This document shows, piece by piece, positions 39,063 to 41,272 of a stretch of DNA of 41,272 nucleotides. The notes under the pieces are model-generated. The model was not told the DNA's origin. It did not search any database and worked only from the letters and a program-made list of their open reading frames with translations. This DNA comes from Paramecium tetraurelia (lineage: Eukaryota): contig CT868196.1 in NCBI GenBank assembly GCA_000165425.1, positions 496,001-537,272 of the forward strand, written 5' to 3'. The translations under genes and the position numbers were made by a program. Position 1 is the first letter of the stretch, and each line of letters starts with the position of its first letter.

Positions 39063-39073
39063 TTGGCGCCAAA
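39063..39073. promoter_or_regulatory. E2F-like palindrome TTGGCGCCAA(A) just upstream of HAT1
   Basis: Perfect 10-bp GC-core palindrome in an extremely AT-rich spacer, 17 nt before the HAT1 ATG. The minus strand reads TTTGGCGC, matching the TTTSSCGC consensus. Confidence 0.5.
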
Positions 39074-39089
39074 TTAAATAATATATTGG

Positions 39090-40419
39090 ATGGCAAACCT
39101 ATTTGACGAAGAGTAAGGCTAATACTTAAGAATGAATGCTCTCAAATACCTTGAGAAACCACCAGAAGTCTAAAGAGAAGATGATCCATTTATTACTAAT
39201 GGCTCTTTAGCAATCACATATATTCTAGTGGGAACAGTGGAGTAATATAAGGCAGATCAAGGGCTCAAATTTCAACCCAGTTATGTTCATCAGGTGTTTA
39301 GATCAACAAATGAAATATATGGATACAAAGATCTTAAGATTACCATTCATGTCACTGCACTTGGATTGAAGCCTTTCATTAAAGTAAACCCATTCAAAAT
39401 ACCTTACTATAGATATCCTATAGCGAGCAGACTGAAGATGCAGATGACTTATATGAGAGCTTTAATAAAGTGTATGAGGCGGGTTTCCTTTCTAGCGAAG
39501 AGCAGTTTCTTTAAGCCCTTGAAGAAGAATAAAAACAGGAGCCTTTAGGAGACTTAATTGAAGAATATGGAGATTTCAGAATATACAAGTGTCAAATGGC
39601 AACAACAAACGGGTTTGTCTAATTCAAGCCTTTTTTATAAGCATTTCTTTTGGTTTTAATTGATGGAGTTCAATATCCAGGAGATGAAAATGAATGGGTG
39701 TATTTATCATTATACGAAAAACGCCAATTTGTCGGATTGACTACAGTATACAAGTTTAATATTGGATGGAATAAGCAGAGACATCGCTTGAGTCAAATGT
39801 TATTCTTGCCATAATACCAGAGAAAAGGTCATGGGAGTAAAATGCTAAAGACTGTTTACAAATTAGGTTTGGAGGATGAGAAGTGTTTATAAATTACACT
39901 TGAAGATCCTTCTGAAGATTTTTAGGTGATGAGAGATATAACTGACTCGAAAATCTTGCATGAACATTTTAAAGATATACTCCCAAATAAGGTATTAAAC
40001 AAAACTAAAATAGATTATCAATTCAATATAAGAAATTGGAGATATGCCTAAAGATAAGTTGTTTGAAATTATGAAGAAAACAAAACTTCATGCTTATTAA
40101 ATAAAACGTGCTTATTCAATTTATTAGTACGCATTTGTGAACAAGTAAATTATTCAATTATGAAATCTTAAGAAAGTCTTCTAAATTGATGACAGAGTTT
40201 GCTAGGTATTTGCTGAGAGAACATTAAAAGCCTTATATCAGAAAGAAGAATATTTTAGTTCGATTTGAGGATGGCAGTTCATTGGATCCAAAATAAATGC
40301 ACCTGCTTGAATTGAAGGAAAAAGAAGATAGGAATATCAATGCTGAGGAAAGTTTAGAAGAGGAGCTCTGTTTGTTTGAACTGATTGCTACAAAGTTAAG
40401 AAAGGACAAAGTTATTTGA
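39090..40419 (+). CDS. HAT1: Histone acetyltransferase type B catalytic subunit, 3 introns
   Basis: FQPSYVHQVFRSTNEIYGYKDLKI (Hat1_N), LIDG, FVGLTTVYKF, RHRLSQMLFLPQYQRKGHGSKML (acetyl-CoA motif A), ITLEDPSEDFQVMRDITD. TGA 40417-40419. Confidence 0.92.
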
Positions 40420-40622
40420 AATTAGACATTATATTTTTATATATTTTTTATTAATGAACTTACCACTTGATTTCATAGATAGGATCTGGGGAGTACAGAA
40501 ATTTCTAATAGAATTCTTAGACAGTATAGAATTATGTAAATTAATTAAGAATAATATCTAAAAGAGTTTACAAAAAAAATGAATCCGAAAAATTATAATT
40601 AAGTATAAAATAATTAAATTCA

Positions 40623-41272
40623 ATGAGTTTTATGCAACACTTTGTTTCTCATTAGGTTCCTGAATGGTCGAATGCCTATTTGAATTACCAATTCTTAAAA
40701 GAAGTATTAGACCCATTTAAAAGAGTAACTAATTCTCTGCCAATCATCAATTTAACAATTAAACTTATCAAAGATTAAAATTTAGTTGCTAATATTCCAT
40801 AAGAAATATAAACTAAGTTATAAATCTTAGACGAAGAATTTATACAATTGTTTTAAGACGAAACGAATAAATGCAATTAATTTTATATGATTCAGGTTAA
40901 AATATTATAGTATCAATACGAAACGATGATAGATTCTGAAGATGACCTAGGAAGAATAAAAACCTTGGAAATTCTCTATAAAAAAGGGTAATTGCTAAAA
41001 TCATTCAAAAATTCTAATATTGAAGCTTCCAATCGAATTTTATCACTATATCACCAATATACAAGCTTTATTGATAATTCAGAAAGTCACATGAATCATT
41101 TCTTTAAGAATTTATAATTTGTTAATGATACTTCTTTGAATAAGATAGTAAAGAATATTAAAGCATTATATTTAATAAATGGATGGGATGGCAATGAATT
41201 AGCAAAGTTAAAACAATCACATGCAATACAACATAAACTCTAATATATTGGATTTCTTGGAGGGATAATACT
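40623..41272 (+). CDS. 5' part of an SPX-domain protein, probably SPX-EXS (XPR1/SYG1/PHO1-like); runs off the window
   Basis: MSFMQHFVSHQVPEWSNAYLNYQFLKEVL is an SPX N-terminus and FIQLFQDETNKCNQFY an SPX middle helix. The frame stays open to the window end, where a hydrophobic segment (YIGFLGGII) begins. Confidence 0.8.

Noticed and set aside
296..39548. Most entries of the supplied six-frame ORF track as independent genes
   Set aside because: The track treats TAA/TAG as stops. Its entries are fragments of longer code-6 genes (e.g. 3343-3531, 13447-13662, 36922-37239) or antisense/shifted shadows (e.g. 22381-22845, 29826-30137).
1..41272. Genome-wide UGA=Trp reassignment, or a split UAA/UAG code
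   Set aside because: Conserved Trp sites in the MORN, Myb and dehydrogenase genes all use TGG, TGA terminates every complete gene, and TAA/TAG both sit at Gln-type positions (e.g. Myb NQCSQRW).
1..41272. Transposons, telomeric repeats or germline-type sequence
   Set aside because: No transposase or reverse-transcriptase frames, terminal inverted repeats or C4A2/C3A3 tracts were seen. Nearly all genes are uninterrupted apart from introns, consistent with somatic macronuclear DNA.

Overview
AT-rich, very gene-dense eukaryotic DNA that reads as a ciliate macronuclear segment, almost certainly Paramecium. TAA/TAG occur in frame at Gln-like positions, TGA is the only stop, and genes are split by 22-31 nt GT..AG introns. 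The supplied standard-code ORF track is therefore mostly fragments or shadow frames, so I re-translated by hand with code 6. I find about 23 protein-coding genes and one tRNA-Glu(TTC). Recognisable products: TIM50, an androglobin-like calpain homologue (apparently globin-less, with an internal frame break), an opine/octopine dehydrogenase ending in -PKL, DRC10/IQCD, LRRC56, three MORN proteins with acylation-type N-termini, a B-box protein, an F-BAR+SBF2-like protein, a 3-repeat Myb, a trichocyst-matrix-like protein, a WD40-like protein, a membrane-anchored M16 pseudo-peptidase, a DENN protein, HAT1 and the 5' part of an SPX(-EXS) protein. No CRISPR array, transposon or telomere was seen, and I cannot support a single multi-gene novel system. 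The best leads are the possibly peroxisomal opine dehydrogenase, two reading-frame lesions that could be retained TA-bounded IESs, apparent length-based 3' splice-site choice, several degenerate enzyme or sensor domains, and an E2F-like palindrome upstream of HAT1. All family calls come from recalled motifs, not database searches.
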